64,000 nt of DNA from an uncultured Chloroflexia bacterium (GTDB taxonomy: Bacteria; Chloroflexota; Limnocylindria; Limnocylindrales; CSP1-4): contig CAVVDC010000003.1 in NCBI GenBank assembly GCA_963746855.1, positions 38,289-102,288 on the forward strand, read 5' to 3'. The notes beneath the pieces were generated by a model that searched no databases, had not been told where the DNA came from, and saw nothing but the letters and a program-made list of their open reading frames with translations. The translations under genes and the position numbers were made by a program. Shown piece after piece: positions 27,048 to 36,934 of the stretch (positions within the stretch are counted from its first letter, which is position 1; every line of letters begins with the position of its first letter).

Positions 27048-28547
27048 TCACGTGCCGCCGGACGCGTCCTTCTTCTGCGTGTCGGCGATCCGCTTGCGGT
27101 TCTCCTCGCGCGGACGCAACCCGTCGCTCATCGACGCCATCGGCATGTCCGTTCGCTGCTTCCGTCGAGGGCGCTCCTTGCGGGCCTCCTCGCGTGCGGC
27201 CATCCGCGCAGCGATGGTCGCCTCGTAGCCCTGGTCGCCTGGGACGTAGTAGCGACGACCGGCCAACTCGTCGGGGAGGTACTGCTGCTCGATGTCGTCA
27301 CCCTCGAAATCGTGGGGGAACTTGTAGCCGACGCCGATGCCGTGCGCCTTCATCCGACGATCACCCGCCGAGCGCAGATGGTTCGGGACGGGGAGCGACC
27401 CGTGCTTCAGAACGTCTGCCATGACCGCGCCATATGCCCGACCGACCGAGTCCGACTTCGGCGACGACGAAACATAGACCGTCGCCTGGGCCAGCGCGTA
27501 TTGCGCCTCGGGCAGGCCGATCCAATCGAGCGCAGCCGATGCGGCCACGGCGACCTGCAGGGCCCGCGGGTCGGCGTTCCCAACGTCCTCGGACGCGCTG
27601 ATGATCAGGCGGCGGGCGATGAACCGCGGATCCTCCCCGGCCGCGACCATCGCCGCGAGCCAATAGAGCGCCGCGTCGGGGTCGTTGCCGCGCAGGCTCT
27701 TGATGAACGCGGAGACCGTGTCGTAGTGGCCGTCGCCGGCGCGGTCGTAGGCGAGGACCCGTTGCTGGGCGGCGGTCTCGATGTCCTCGAGCCGCGGGGT
27801 GACGTGCCCGGCCTTGTCGCGGACGCCCTCGTCGGCCGCCAGGGCGGCCGCGCCCTCCAGGACGTTCAGCGCGGCGCGAGCGTCGCCGCCCGCCAGGGAG
27901 ACGAGATGCTCGAACGCATCCTCGGCGAGGGCCACGCCGCCGTCCGGCCCGAGCGCCCCGGCCAGGCCGCGCTCGGCGTCGGCGAGGGCCCGGTGCACGA
28001 CGATCGCGACCTCGTCATCGGTCAACGCCTCGAGGCGCCACACGCGCATTCGCGACAGGAGGGCCGAATTCACCTCGAAGTACGGGTTCTCCGTCGTCGC
28101 GCCGATCAGCGTGATCGTCCCGTCCTCGACATGCGGCAACAAGGCGTCCTGCTGGGCCTTGTTGAAGCGATGGATCTCGTCGAGGAAGAGGACCGTCCGC
28201 GTGCCGTGGAGCGCCAGCCGATCCTGCGCCTCGGCGATCGTCGCCCGGACCTCGACCACGCCGGACATGACCGCCGACAGCGAGATGAAATGGGCGCCGA
28301 TCGCATCGGCCAGGAGTCGGGCGAGACTGGTCTTGCCGGTTCCCGGCGGTCCCCACAGCAGGGTCGAGGACAGATGCCCGCGGGCGACGCTCCGGCGCAG
28401 CGGGCCGCGCTCGCCGACAAGGTGAGACTGCCCGACGAACTCCTCGAGGTCGCGCGGGCGCATGCGCGCGGCCAGTGGCTGGCGCTCGGGGGGCGGGTGG
28501 AAGAGCGCTTCAGGCTTGGCGCCGGACGGGCGTCGGGCGGCGGGCAT
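27048..28547 (-). CDS. rarA: Replication-associated recombination protein A (AAA+ ATPase RarA/MgsA) with C-terminal basic extension
   Basis: Internal ATG gives MPAARRPSGAKPEALFHPPPERQPLAARMRPRDLEEFVGQ. Walker A GPPGTGKTS, Walker B VLFLDEIHRFNK, and a MgsA C-terminal domain. The 236 upstream codons are junk. Confidence 0.9.
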   Translation of the reverse strand: MPAARRPSGAKPEALFHPPPERQPLAARMRPRDLEEFVGQSHLVGERGPLRRSVARGHLSSTLLWGPPGTGKTSLARLLADAIGAHFISLSAVMSGVVEVRATIAEAQDRLALHGTRTVLFLDEIHRFNKAQQDALLPHVEDGTITLIGATTENPYFEVNSALLSRMRVWRLEALTDDEVAIVVHRALADAERGLAGALGPDGGVALAEDAFEHLVSLAGGDARAALNVLEGAAALAADEGVRDKAGHVTPRLEDIETAAQQRVLAYDRAGDGHYDTVSAFIKSLRGNDPDAALYWLAAMVAAGEDPRFIARRLIISASEDVGNADPRALQVAVAASAALDWIGLPEAQYALAQATVYVSSSPKSDSVGRAYGAVMADVLKHGSLPVPNHLRSAGDRRMKAHGIGVGYKFPHDFEGDDIEQQYLPDELAGRRYYVPGDQGYEATIAARMAAREEARKERPRRKQRTDMPMASMSDGLRPREENRKRIADTQKKDASGGT

Positions 28548-28585
28548 GGACCGATGGTAGCGCGGCGGGCTTGTTGGCCCAGGGG

Positions 28586-28999
28586 TCAGATAGCCGCGTT
28601 GCCCGTCAGGTGGGTGACGGCCCAGAGGACCACGAGCAGGATGATCAGCGAGCCGCCGATGAGCGTGATCCGCCGGACATCGCGCCCGACGTATGCGTAC
28701 TCGTCGGCCGCCTTGACCGCGAGTCCCACGCCCGTCCGCGTCCGCGTCTCGACCTCGGCGCTCGGCGCGCTCGTCCGGCCACGATCGGCGGTGCGACGGC
28801 GTGAACCCTCGGCGGCACGCTCCTCGGCGAGGATGGCGGCCTCGAGCTCGGCGGCTCGCGCTTCCTCCTCGACGGTGAGGCCGGTCGTCCGAGGGGTCGT
28901 CGGGGCGATCGGGGCGGCCGGTGCCGGGCGAGCGGCCGTGCGCTGGATGGGCCGGCGCTGACCGGGTCGGGTGCTGCTGCCACGGACGCGCTTGGCCAT
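28586..28999 (-). CDS. Hypothetical protein with C-terminal transmembrane anchor (upstream of rarA)
   Basis: 137 aa; a basic/Ala/Pro-rich N-terminal part, then EYAYVGRDVRRITLIGGSLIILLVVLWAVTHLTG (TM). Same strand, 38 bp before rarA. Confidence 0.4.
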   Translation of the reverse strand: MAKRVRGSSTRPGQRRPIQRTAARPAPAAPIAPTTPRTTGLTVEEEARAAELEAAILAEERAAEGSRRRTADRGRTSAPSAEVETRTRTGVGLAVKAADEYAYVGRDVRRITLIGGSLIILLVVLWAVTHLTGNAAI

Positions 29000-29232
29000 G
29001 GTTCGGGAGGGTCCTCCAGCGGTGTCGGATGGGCGGGTACGCCACGTACGGACGCGGCCCGCCGATCGGAGAGGATAGCATCACCGCGCTCCTCGTCCCC
29101 TCCGACCTGATGACCCGCTCGCCGGCGATCGGTGCGCGATGAGGAGCGCCTGCTAGACTCGGCCGACCCCAACGGGAGGATCCGACCATCGATCTCAACG
29201 CGCTCGTCGCGCCCAGCATCGGCGCCATCGTC

Positions 29233-29679
29233 GTGGCGTTGGTGGTCGCCCTCATCTTCGTCGTCCTCGTCCTCGTCGTGCTCGCCCGCCGATCCCGCCG
29301 GCTCGAGGCACGGCTCGTCGGGCTGACCCGGGACTCGGACGGACAGAGCCTGGAAGCCGTCCTCGAAGCTCACCTCGACAAGGTCGTCGAGGTCGCCCGC
29401 AAGGTGGACTACGTCGCGGGCCGCACCAAGGTCCTGGAGTCGCGCCAGCCGCACGCGTTCCAGCGGAGCGGCCTGGTCCGGTACAACCCCTTCGAGGAGA
29501 CCGGCGGCAACCAGAGCTTCGCGCTGGCACTGCTCGATGCCGACGGCGATGGCTGGGTCCTCTCGAGCCTCCATGCTCGCTCCGGCACGCGCGTCTATGC
29601 CAAGGCCATCGTGGCCGGCCGCTCGGAGACCGGACTGTCGGACGAGGAGAGCGCGGCGATCAAGCAGGCGATGGCCTGA
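29233..29679 (+). CDS. DUF4446 family membrane-anchored protein
   Basis: N-terminal TM, then ...SGLVRYNPFEETGGNQSFALALLDADGDGWVLSSLHARSGTRVYAK, the DUF4446 core. The start may lie further upstream: a GGAGGA RBS sits 8 nt before ATC 29188. Confidence 0.7.
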   Translation: MALVVALIFVVLVLVVLARRSRRLEARLVGLTRDSDGQSLEAVLEAHLDKVVEVARKVDYVAGRTKVLESRQPHAFQRSGLVRYNPFEETGGNQSFALALLDADGDGWVLSSLHARSGTRVYAKAIVAGRSETGLSDEESAAIKQAMA

Positions 29680-29716
29680 CAGGCTAGGTGACACGGCGGT
29701 CGGCGATGGTCCGGGC

Positions 29717-32700
29717 ATGGCCCCCACGACGACCCGCGCTCCCGGATCCGAACCCACGCCGGGCGCGGACGACCTCGCCGCCGACTCGACGATGACACGC
29801 TCACGCGTGCGCACTCGACGGGAGCCGGCCTCGCTCGACCAGCTGCCGGCCTGGCAAGACCTCGTGCCGGTCATGGAGCCGGAGCTCGTCTCGGAACAAG
29901 GCGCCGGCCTCGCGGCACTGCTCGGGGGCCTCAACCCGGATCAGCGCCGGGCGGTGACGCACGAGGAGGGCCCGCTCCTCGTCGTCGCCGGGGCCGGCAC
30001 GGGCAAGACCCAGGTCATCACGCGGCGGATCGCCTGGCTGGTCGCGACGCGACGCGCTCGTCCGTCGGAGATCCTCGCCCTCACGTTCACCGACAAGGCC
30101 GCCGAGGAGATGGCGGTCCGGGTCGATCAGCTCGTCCCGTACGGCTACACGGACACGGCGATCTCGACGTTCCATGCCTTCGGCGATGGCCTCATCCGCC
30201 AGTACGCCCTGGTGCTCGGGCTGCCGACCGACGTGCGCGTGCTGACGCGGCCCGAGGTCGTGATCTTCCTGCGCGAGCACCTGTTCGAGTTCGAGCTGGA
30301 CGCATACCGGCCGCTCGGCGACCCGACCCGCTTCCTGGCCGCGCTGGCGACCCTGTTCAGCCGCTGCAAGGACGAGGACATCAGTCCGGCGGCGTACCGG
30401 GAGTTCGCCGACCGGGTCTCGGCCGAGGCGGCGCACGTCGCGGAGGCCGCAGGCATCGTCCGGGAGGCCATCCCCGAGGCGGATCGAACGGCCTCCGACG
30501 CGGCGGTCGAGGAAGCGAAGCGCCAGGACGAACTCGCGCGCGCCTATGCGACCTATCAGTCGCTGCTGGCGGCGAACGGCTGCATCGACTTCGGCGACCA
30601 GGTGGCGCTCGCCCTGCGGCTCGTGCGCGAGTCGGCCGCGGCCCGAGCCGAGATCGCGGGACGGTTCCGCTACATCCTGGTCGACGAATTCCAGGACACG
30701 AACCGCGCCCAGGCCGAACTGGTCGGCCTGCTGGCAGAGCCCCACCGGAACGTCACCGTCGTCGGCGACGACGACCAGGCGATCTATGCGTTCCGCGGCG
30801 CCGCGGTCGACAACATCCTCGGGTTCCGGGAGCGGTATCGCTCCGCCCGGACCGTCGTCCTGCGCCGCAACTACCGCTCGAAGGCACCGATCCTCGACGC
30901 GGCCTACCGGTTGGTCCGCTTCAACGACCCGGAACGCCTCGAGGTCCGGGCCGGGGTCAGCAAGCGACTCCGCGCCGAGCGGGCCGACCCGGGCGCGGCC
31001 GCGGTCACGCTGGAAGCGTTCGCCACCGCCTCGGACGAGGCGGACTGGATCGTCGCCGAGATCGGCCGCCGGATCGCCGCTGGCGCGCGACCACGCGACC
31101 ACGCGATCCTCGTCCGCGCGAACGGCCACGCCGACCCGTTCCTGCGGGCGCTCAACCTCGCCGGCATCCCGTGGCGCTTCTCGGGGACGTCCGGGCTGTA
31201 CGCGCGGCCGGAGATCCGCCTGTTGCTCGCGTTCCTGCGCGTCGTCGCGGAGCCGGGATCCAGCGTCGACCTGTACGCCCTGGCGACGTCCGAGGTGTAC
31301 GGCCTCGGCGGCGAGGATCTGACCGCGATCGTCAACATGGCCCGCCGCCGGAACCGCTCGATCCGCGAGGTCCTCGAGGAGCTGGACCGGCAGCCCGGCA
31401 TCCTGCGGGTGGGAACCGAGACCCGCGCGACGTCCACGCGGCTCGTCGCGGACCTGCGTCGGTACGGGGAGATCGCCCATGAGCGGCCAGCCGGGGAGCT
31501 CCTGTACGGGTTCCTGCGGGGGAGCGGCCTGCTGGCGCGACTGGCCGGCACCGACACGGTCGCTGCGGAGGAGGCGCTCGGCAACATCGCGCGGTTCTTC
31601 GAGATCGTCCGGAGCCAGTCGGCGCTCCTCTCGGACGACCGGGCGATCTTCATCGCGAGGCACCTCCAGACGCTCGTCGAGGCCGGCGACGATCCTGCCA
31701 CGGCCGAACTCGATCCCGACACCGATGCCGTGGCCGTCCTGACCGTCCACAAGGCCAAGGGCCTGGAGTTCCCGATCGTCTTCTTGCCCGGGATGGTCGC
31801 GGGTCGGTTCCCGCTGAACGGTCGCGGCGACGCCCTGGCCCTGCCGGCCGGGCTCGGTCGCGGTGCTCCGCCGACACCGGAGCTCGCGCTCGCCGAGGAG
31901 CGGCGACTGTGCTACGTGGCGATGACCCGTGCCCGTGACGAGTTGATCTTGTCCCATGCCGCCGACTACGGCGGGTCGCGGGCCCGGCGGGTCTCGCCGT
32001 TCGTGCTCGAGGCATTGGACCTCCCGACCGCGGCGGGCGTGCCGGGCGCCGGCGCCGGCGCCCCGACCCCGGAGGCGCGCCTGAGCGCCTTCGAGCGAGC
32101 AGCGGCCCGCCCCGAAGCGACTCGGGCGCCGATCGATGAGCCGCTCTCGCTCAGCTTCTACCAGGTCGACGATTACCTGACCTGCCCGCTCAAGTACAAG
32201 TACGCCCACGTCCTGCGCGTGCCGCTCGCCCCGCACCATGCGATCGTCTACGGCGCCGCCCTGCACAAGGCCGTTCAGCTCTTCCACCACCGGCACGCCC
32301 AGGGCCACGTCATGTCCGAGGCCGAGCTCGACGAGGTGTTCGAATCGGCCTGGTCGAACGAGGGCTTCGTCAGCCGGGAACACGAGGAAGCGCGCTTGAA
32401 GGCCGGTCGGCTCGCGCTGCGCCGGTTCCGCGAGGCGCAGCTCGAGCCGGATGCGGTCATCCCGACGTACGTCGAGCGGGAGTTCAGCTTCACGCTTGCG
32501 GGCGATCGGGTGCGTGGGCGATGGGACCGCGTCGACGTCGAACCGGTCGCCGATGGCGCCCCCGACGAGCGGAATCGGGCGGCGAGCCCCGTTGAGCCGT
32601 CGGCGGACGTGGTCTCACCGACGCTCGAGATGATGGGTCGCGAGCGGGTCACGATCACCGACTACAAGTCGTCAGACGTCCGCGACCCGGCCAAGGCGCG

Positions 32701-32974
32701 CCAGCGCGCCCGCGACTCGCTCCAGCTCCAGATCTACGCGATGGGCTACGAGGCGGTGACGGGTCGTCTCCCCGACGCCGTCCAGCTGCACTTCCTCGGA
32801 TCGGGCTTGATCGGCCGGGTGGAGGTTGACCCCAAGCGCCTGGCCCGGGCGCGGGAGCGCATCGCGACGGCCGCGGCCGGCATCCGGGCCCGCGACTACA
32901 CGCCGAAGCCCGAGTACCTCGCGTGCACGTATTGCGCCTTCCGGGACATCTGCCCCGCCAGCGCCGCGCGCTGA
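29717..32974 (+). CDS. UvrD/PcrA-type SF1 helicase fused to C-terminal PD-(D/E)XK RecB-family nuclease (AdnB/AddA-like)
   Basis: Helicase motifs AGAGTGKT, DEFQDTN, VGDDDQAIYAFRGA, TVHKAKGLEFP. The C-terminus carries a RecB-like nuclease with Cys cluster (C...ACTYCAFRDICP). Exact start is uncertain (candidates 29717, 29792, 29873). Confidence 0.85.
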   Translation: MAPTTTRAPGSEPTPGADDLAADSTMTRSRVRTRREPASLDQLPAWQDLVPVMEPELVSEQGAGLAALLGGLNPDQRRAVTHEEGPLLVVAGAGTGKTQVITRRIAWLVATRRARPSEILALTFTDKAAEEMAVRVDQLVPYGYTDTAISTFHAFGDGLIRQYALVLGLPTDVRVLTRPEVVIFLREHLFEFELDAYRPLGDPTRFLAALATLFSRCKDEDISPAAYREFADRVSAEAAHVAEAAGIVREAIPEADRTASDAAVEEAKRQDELARAYATYQSLLAANGCIDFGDQVALALRLVRESAAARAEIAGRFRYILVDEFQDTNRAQAELVGLLAEPHRNVTVVGDDDQAIYAFRGAAVDNILGFRERYRSARTVVLRRNYRSKAPILDAAYRLVRFNDPERLEVRAGVSKRLRAERADPGAAAVTLEAFATASDEADWIVAEIGRRIAAGARPRDHAILVRANGHADPFLRALNLAGIPWRFSGTSGLYARPEIRLLLAFLRVVAEPGSSVDLYALATSEVYGLGGEDLTAIVNMARRRNRSIREVLEELDRQPGILRVGTETRATSTRLVADLRRYGEIAHERPAGELLYGFLRGSGLLARLAGTDTVAAEEALGNIARFFEIVRSQSALLSDDRAIFIARHLQTLVEAGDDPATAELDPDTDAVAVLTVHKAKGLEFPIVFLPGMVAGRFPLNGRGDALALPAGLGRGAPPTPELALAEERRLCYVAMTRARDELILSHAADYGGSRARRVSPFVLEALDLPTAAGVPGAGAGAPTPEARLSAFERAAARPEATRAPIDEPLSLSFYQVDDYLTCPLKYKYAHVLRVPLAPHHAIVYGAALHKAVQLFHHRHAQGHVMSEAELDEVFESAWSNEGFVSREHEEARLKAGRLALRRFREAQLEPDAVIPTYVEREFSFTLAGDRVRGRWDRVDVEPVADGAPDERNRAASPVEPSADVVSPTLEMMGRERVTITDYKSSDVRDPAKARQRARDSLQLQIYAMGYEAVTGRLPDAVQLHFLGSGLIGRVEVDPKRLARARERIATAAAGIRARDYTPKPEYLACTYCAFRDICPASAAR

Positions 32975-33114
32975 GGCTCTCCGGGAACCGATCCACCCAC
33001 GGATAGGGAATCTGCCCGACTCGACGCCGGGCCGTCGAGGGTGCATCGTCGCCGACCCGGCGGCCAGGGGTGCCCCGGCCCGCCGGGAACGACACATGGG
33101 AGCTCCGATCGCCG

Positions 33115-33558
33115 ATGGATCTGCTCGTCCGGATGATCCGCCCCTGGGCGGCTGCGCGGCCCGAAGCCCTAGACTCGTTCGTGATGGAGGCGCGCGACCG
33201 CTGGATCAACCTGGGGTTCTTCGCCGCCGCCGCCGTCGTCTGGCTGCTCGTCGGCCTCGTCCTCACGACGCGCGACCCGGTCCTCGACCCGGGGGCCGGG
33301 TTCATCGGCGCGGGACTGATCGGGCTGGCGATCGGCCTGACGCTCGTCCCGGTCTTCTGGCTCGTCGTCTTCGGGCGGCATCGCCAGATCGCCTACCAGG
33401 GTGACTGGACCCGCGCCGTCCGTCGGGCCGCCTGGGTCGGTGTCATCGTCACGGCCCTCGTGGCATTCCGCGTCCAGGGCGTGCTCGACTGGCCGATCGC
33501 GTTGTTCATGATCGCGCTCGCGCTCGTCGCCGAGACGACCCTCTCCACGGAGCGCTGA
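33115..33558 (+). CDS. Hypothetical integral membrane protein
   Basis: 4 predicted TM helices (FFAAAAVVWLLVGLVL, GLIGLAIGLTLVPVFWLVVF, AAWVGVIVTALVAF, IALFMIALALVA). No recognisable family. Confidence 0.4.
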   Translation: MDLLVRMIRPWAAARPEALDSFVMEARDRWINLGFFAAAAVVWLLVGLVLTTRDPVLDPGAGFIGAGLIGLAIGLTLVPVFWLVVFGRHRQIAYQGDWTRAVRRAAWVGVIVTALVAFRVQGVLDWPIALFMIALALVAETTLSTER

Positions 33559-33646
33559 CCGGAACATCTCGGCCACCTTCGGCCGCAGGAACCGCCCGGG
33601 CGCTAGGCTGGCGCGATCCACCCGAACCGCAGCCGGGAGTGCCCGC

Positions 33647-34849
33647 TTGCCATCGCTGTCCGCCACACGGCCGGCCGAGCCCCATGCCGAGGTGAAGGCG
33701 CGCCTCGCGGCCGCCGTCGAGGCCGCCCGCCTGGAGATCCTGGACCTCTCGCACCGCATCCACGCCGACCCGGAGCCGGCCTATGAGGAGCGCCACGCCT
33801 CGGCCTGGGTCGCCGAGGCTCTGGCGCGCCACGGCTACGAGGTCGAGCACCCGGCCGGCAGCCTCGCGACCGCCATCCGCGCGGTCCGGCGGGGCGGGAG
33901 GGCCGGCGACGGCCCACGCATCGGCATCCTCGCCGAATACGACGCGCTCCCCGGCCTCGGTCACGGCTGCGGCCACAACACGATGGCCGCCGCGGGGGTC
34001 GGCACGGCCATCGCGCTCGCGTCCATCGCCGACGAGCTGTCGGGTGAGATCGTGTTCCTGGGGACTCCGGCGGAGGAGCGGGGGAGCGGCAAGGCCCAGA
34101 TGATCGAGGACGGCCTGTTCGAGGGCCTCGATGCGGCCCTCATGTACCACCCGTGCGACCGCAGCCACGTCGCGAGCTGGCCGATGGCCTCGGAGGACAT
34201 CGACGTCGTGTTCCGTGGTACGGAGCTGCATGCCTCGTCCGATGCCTGGAAGGGCGGCAACGCCCTCGACGCCCTGATCGTCCTGTTCAGCTCGGTCGGG
34301 CTGTGGCGACAGCGCCTCCGTCAGACCTCGCGCGTCCACGGGATCATCCGCGAGGGCGGCACCGCCGCGAACGTGATCCCCGGTCGAACCTCGGCGTGGT
34401 TCATGATCCGGAGCGACGACGAGTCGTACTACGAGACGATGCGCGCGGACTTCCGGTCGCTGTGCGAGGCGGCGGCCCTCGCGACCGGCACCACCGTCGA
34501 CGTGACGTTCTCGGGCAAGGCCACGACGATGCTCAACAACCCGGTGCTCGCCGAACGGTTCCGGGCGAACATGGCCGCCTATGGCATCGAGGACCAGGGC
34601 GACGACGAGAACGCCGGCAGCACGGACATGGGCAACGTCAGCCGCGTGTGCCCGACGATCCATCCCGATCTCGCGATCGCCCCCGAGGGCACACCGGGTC
34701 ACTCGATCGAGTTCCGCGACGCGTCCGTCACGCCGCGCGCCGACGAGGTGACCCTGCTCGCCGCGACGCTCGTGGCCCAGACCGCCTACGAGCTCTTCGC
34801 GGACCCGGCCCTCGTGGCGGCAGCCTGGCAGGCGTTCCGGGAGGCCTGA
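33647..34849 (+). CDS. M20-family amidohydrolase / peptidase (aminoacylase / AbgB-like)
   Basis: HGCGHN metal-binding motif, GTPAEE, and an M20 dimerisation domain. Confidence 0.85.
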   Translation: MPSLSATRPAEPHAEVKARLAAAVEAARLEILDLSHRIHADPEPAYEERHASAWVAEALARHGYEVEHPAGSLATAIRAVRRGGRAGDGPRIGILAEYDALPGLGHGCGHNTMAAAGVGTAIALASIADELSGEIVFLGTPAEERGSGKAQMIEDGLFEGLDAALMYHPCDRSHVASWPMASEDIDVVFRGTELHASSDAWKGGNALDALIVLFSSVGLWRQRLRQTSRVHGIIREGGTAANVIPGRTSAWFMIRSDDESYYETMRADFRSLCEAAALATGTTVDVTFSGKATTMLNNPVLAERFRANMAAYGIEDQGDDENAGSTDMGNVSRVCPTIHPDLAIAPEGTPGHSIEFRDASVTPRADEVTLLAATLVAQTAYELFADPALVAAAWQAFREA

Positions 34850-34986
34850 CCCGGCCGCACCCGGGGCCGTGCGGTACGATGTCGGTGGCGCGCCCCGCTG
34901 GACGACGGGATCGAACCGGCGGCGCCCCCAGCGAGACGGATCCATCCGCGGCGACGCATGCCGCGACCGCTCTCCGGGAGGACCAC

Positions 34987-36048
34987 GTGGCCGAGCGCCC
35001 CCACGATCCGGGACCCGCATCCGGGTATGCGTCCCGCAACGGCTGGGACCGGGAGTTCGAGACCTACACCGACTACGACCTGCCCGTCTACGTCGGGCCG
35101 ATGTCGTTCGGGAAGCTACCCTGGATCGACGACCCCGACGAGCTCCGACGACTGGGCGTGGACGTCGCCATCGTCGGTGCGCCATTCGACGACGCGGTCA
35201 GCCACCGGCCCGGCGCGCGGTTCGGTCCGCGGGCCATCCGCGAGGCCAACTACGCCACGGGCAGCCTCCACTCCCTGCAGCTCGAGGTCGACCCGTTCGA
35301 CATCCTGACCGTCGTCGACGCGGGCGACGCGAACATCGTGCCCGCCTGGATCGAGCGAGCGCACGCCATGATCTACCGCAAGGTTCGCGATGTGGCGGGC
35401 AGCGGGGCGATTCCGATCATCCTCGGCGGCGACCACTCCATCACCTGGCCGGCGGCGACCGCGATCGCCGAGCTCCGCGCCCCGCAGCGGGTCGGCATCG
35501 TCCACTTCGACGCTCATGCGGACACGGCCAACGACACGTTCGGCGTCCTCGCCAGCCACGGCACGCCGATGCGCCGGCTCATCGAGTCGGGCGCGATCGA
35601 CGGGCGCAACTTCGTGCAGGTCGGGCTGCGCGGCTACTGGCCCCCGCAGGAGACGTTCGACTGGATGCAGGCGCACGGCCTGCGCTGGCACTTCATGCGC
35701 GAGATCGAGGAACGCGGGGCGGAAGCCGTGATCGCCGACGCCATCGCCGAGGCCCTCGACGGTCCGGACGCCATCTACCTCTCGCTCGACATCGATGTCA
35801 TCGATCCGGGCATGGCGCCTGGCACGGGCACGCCGGAACCCGGTGGCATGCTGACCCGGGAGGTCCTGCGCGCGATTCGCCAGATCGTGGGTTCCGTCGA
35901 ACTCGCCGGCATGGACATCGTCGAGGTCTCACCGCCGTACGACCAGGCCGAGACCACGGCGATGGCGGCGAACCGGGCGGCCCTGGAGGCGATCAGTGCC
36001 CTTGCGGTCAAGCGCCAGGCCGGCGCCCACGTCCGCTGGGAGGGCTGA
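34987..36048 (+). CDS. Arginase/agmatinase-family ureohydrolase
   Basis: GTG start with GGGAGG RBS 5 nt upstream. Motifs GGDHSIT, DAHADT, SLDIDVIDPGMAPGTGTPEPGG. Confidence 0.85.
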   Translation: MAERPHDPGPASGYASRNGWDREFETYTDYDLPVYVGPMSFGKLPWIDDPDELRRLGVDVAIVGAPFDDAVSHRPGARFGPRAIREANYATGSLHSLQLEVDPFDILTVVDAGDANIVPAWIERAHAMIYRKVRDVAGSGAIPIILGGDHSITWPAATAIAELRAPQRVGIVHFDAHADTANDTFGVLASHGTPMRRLIESGAIDGRNFVQVGLRGYWPPQETFDWMQAHGLRWHFMREIEERGAEAVIADAIAEALDGPDAIYLSLDIDVIDPGMAPGTGTPEPGGMLTREVLRAIRQIVGSVELAGMDIVEVSPPYDQAETTAMAANRAALEAISALAVKRQAGAHVRWEG

Positions 36049-36099
36049 CCGATCGATCTCGATCCGCTCAGACCGCGGGACCGGGCGACCGCCGACGAC

Positions 36100-36855
36100 C
36101 TGGCCCGCCTGTACGACCTCGACCTGGTCGACGACCCGGGCGATCTCGACCTGTACCTCGCGCTCGCCGAGCGGACCGGGGGTCCGATCCTGGAGCTGGC
36201 GGCCGGCACCGGTCGCCTGGCCGTGCCCCTGGCAGCGGGCGGGAACCGGGTCACGGCCGTCGACATCGATCCGGCCATGCTGGACCGGGCCCGGGCGAGG
36301 GCGGCTATCGCGGGCTCGACCGCGGTCGACCACCTGGACCTCGTCGAGGCCGATCTCGTGGGCCTGCGCCTGCCGGCCGCCGGGCGCTTCGGGCTCGCCT
36401 TCATCGCCCTCAATTCGATCCTGGTCCTGCCGGACCGGGCCGCCCAGCGAGCGGCCATGGCGACGCTGGCCGGACACCTTGCGCCGGGCGGCGTGGCCGT
36501 CGTGGACATCTGGCTGCCCGACGCGGAGGACCTGGCCCGGTTCGACGGCCGGGTGATCCTCGAATGGCCCCGCGTCGACCCGGAGACGGGCGAGCTCGTG
36601 ACGAAGGCCGGGTCGGCCCAGCACGATTCGGCGAGGGGCACGATCACGCTCACGACGATGTTCGAGGCCTCCCGCCAAGGCGAACCGGCGCGGCGCTGGG
36701 TCCGGCGCGACGTCATGCGCCTGCTGTCCGCAGACGAGCTCGGGACGTGGGCGCAAGAGGTCGGCCTGACCATCGAATTGATGGCGGGCGGGTACGATCT
36801 CGGGTCGTTCGGACCCGGCAGCGAACGGGCCGTCCTCGTCGCGGTGAAGCCGTGA
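36100..36855 (+). CDS. Class I SAM-dependent methyltransferase (start codon unresolved)
   Basis: Motif I ILELAAGTGRLAVPLA and motif post-I VTAVDIDPAML. These motifs lie upstream of the first canonical start (GTG 36223). The frame is open from the agmatinase TGA (36046-36048, same frame) with only CTG/ATC candidates. The 36100 CTG is chosen arbitrarily. Confidence 0.6.
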   Translation: MARLYDLDLVDDPGDLDLYLALAERTGGPILELAAGTGRLAVPLAAGGNRVTAVDIDPAMLDRARARAAIAGSTAVDHLDLVEADLVGLRLPAAGRFGLAFIALNSILVLPDRAAQRAAMATLAGHLAPGGVAVVDIWLPDAEDLARFDGRVILEWPRVDPETGELVTKAGSAQHDSARGTITLTTMFEASRQGEPARRWVRRDVMRLLSADELGTWAQEVGLTIELMAGGYDLGSFGPGSERAVLVAVKP

Positions 36856-36934
36856 ACCGAGGGTTCAGCCGGGTCATCGCCAACGGGACTTACGAGGGAC
36901 TCCGCCGAACGGACTGCGTGGTATCGTCGGGCTG

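Noticed and set aside
29000-29232. Possible small RNA or leader in the 233-bp divergent gap between the rarA-upstream gene and DUF4446
   Set aside because: No convincing structure or conserved motif was recognisable by eye beyond a GGAGGA ribosome-binding site. Left unannotated.
34153-36048. 631-aa ORF upstream extension of the agmatinase
   Set aside because: The upstream 278 codons overlap the M20 amidohydrolase in another frame and are Arg/Gly junk. A GTG with a perfect GGGAGG RBS at 34987 gives a normal-length ureohydrolase.
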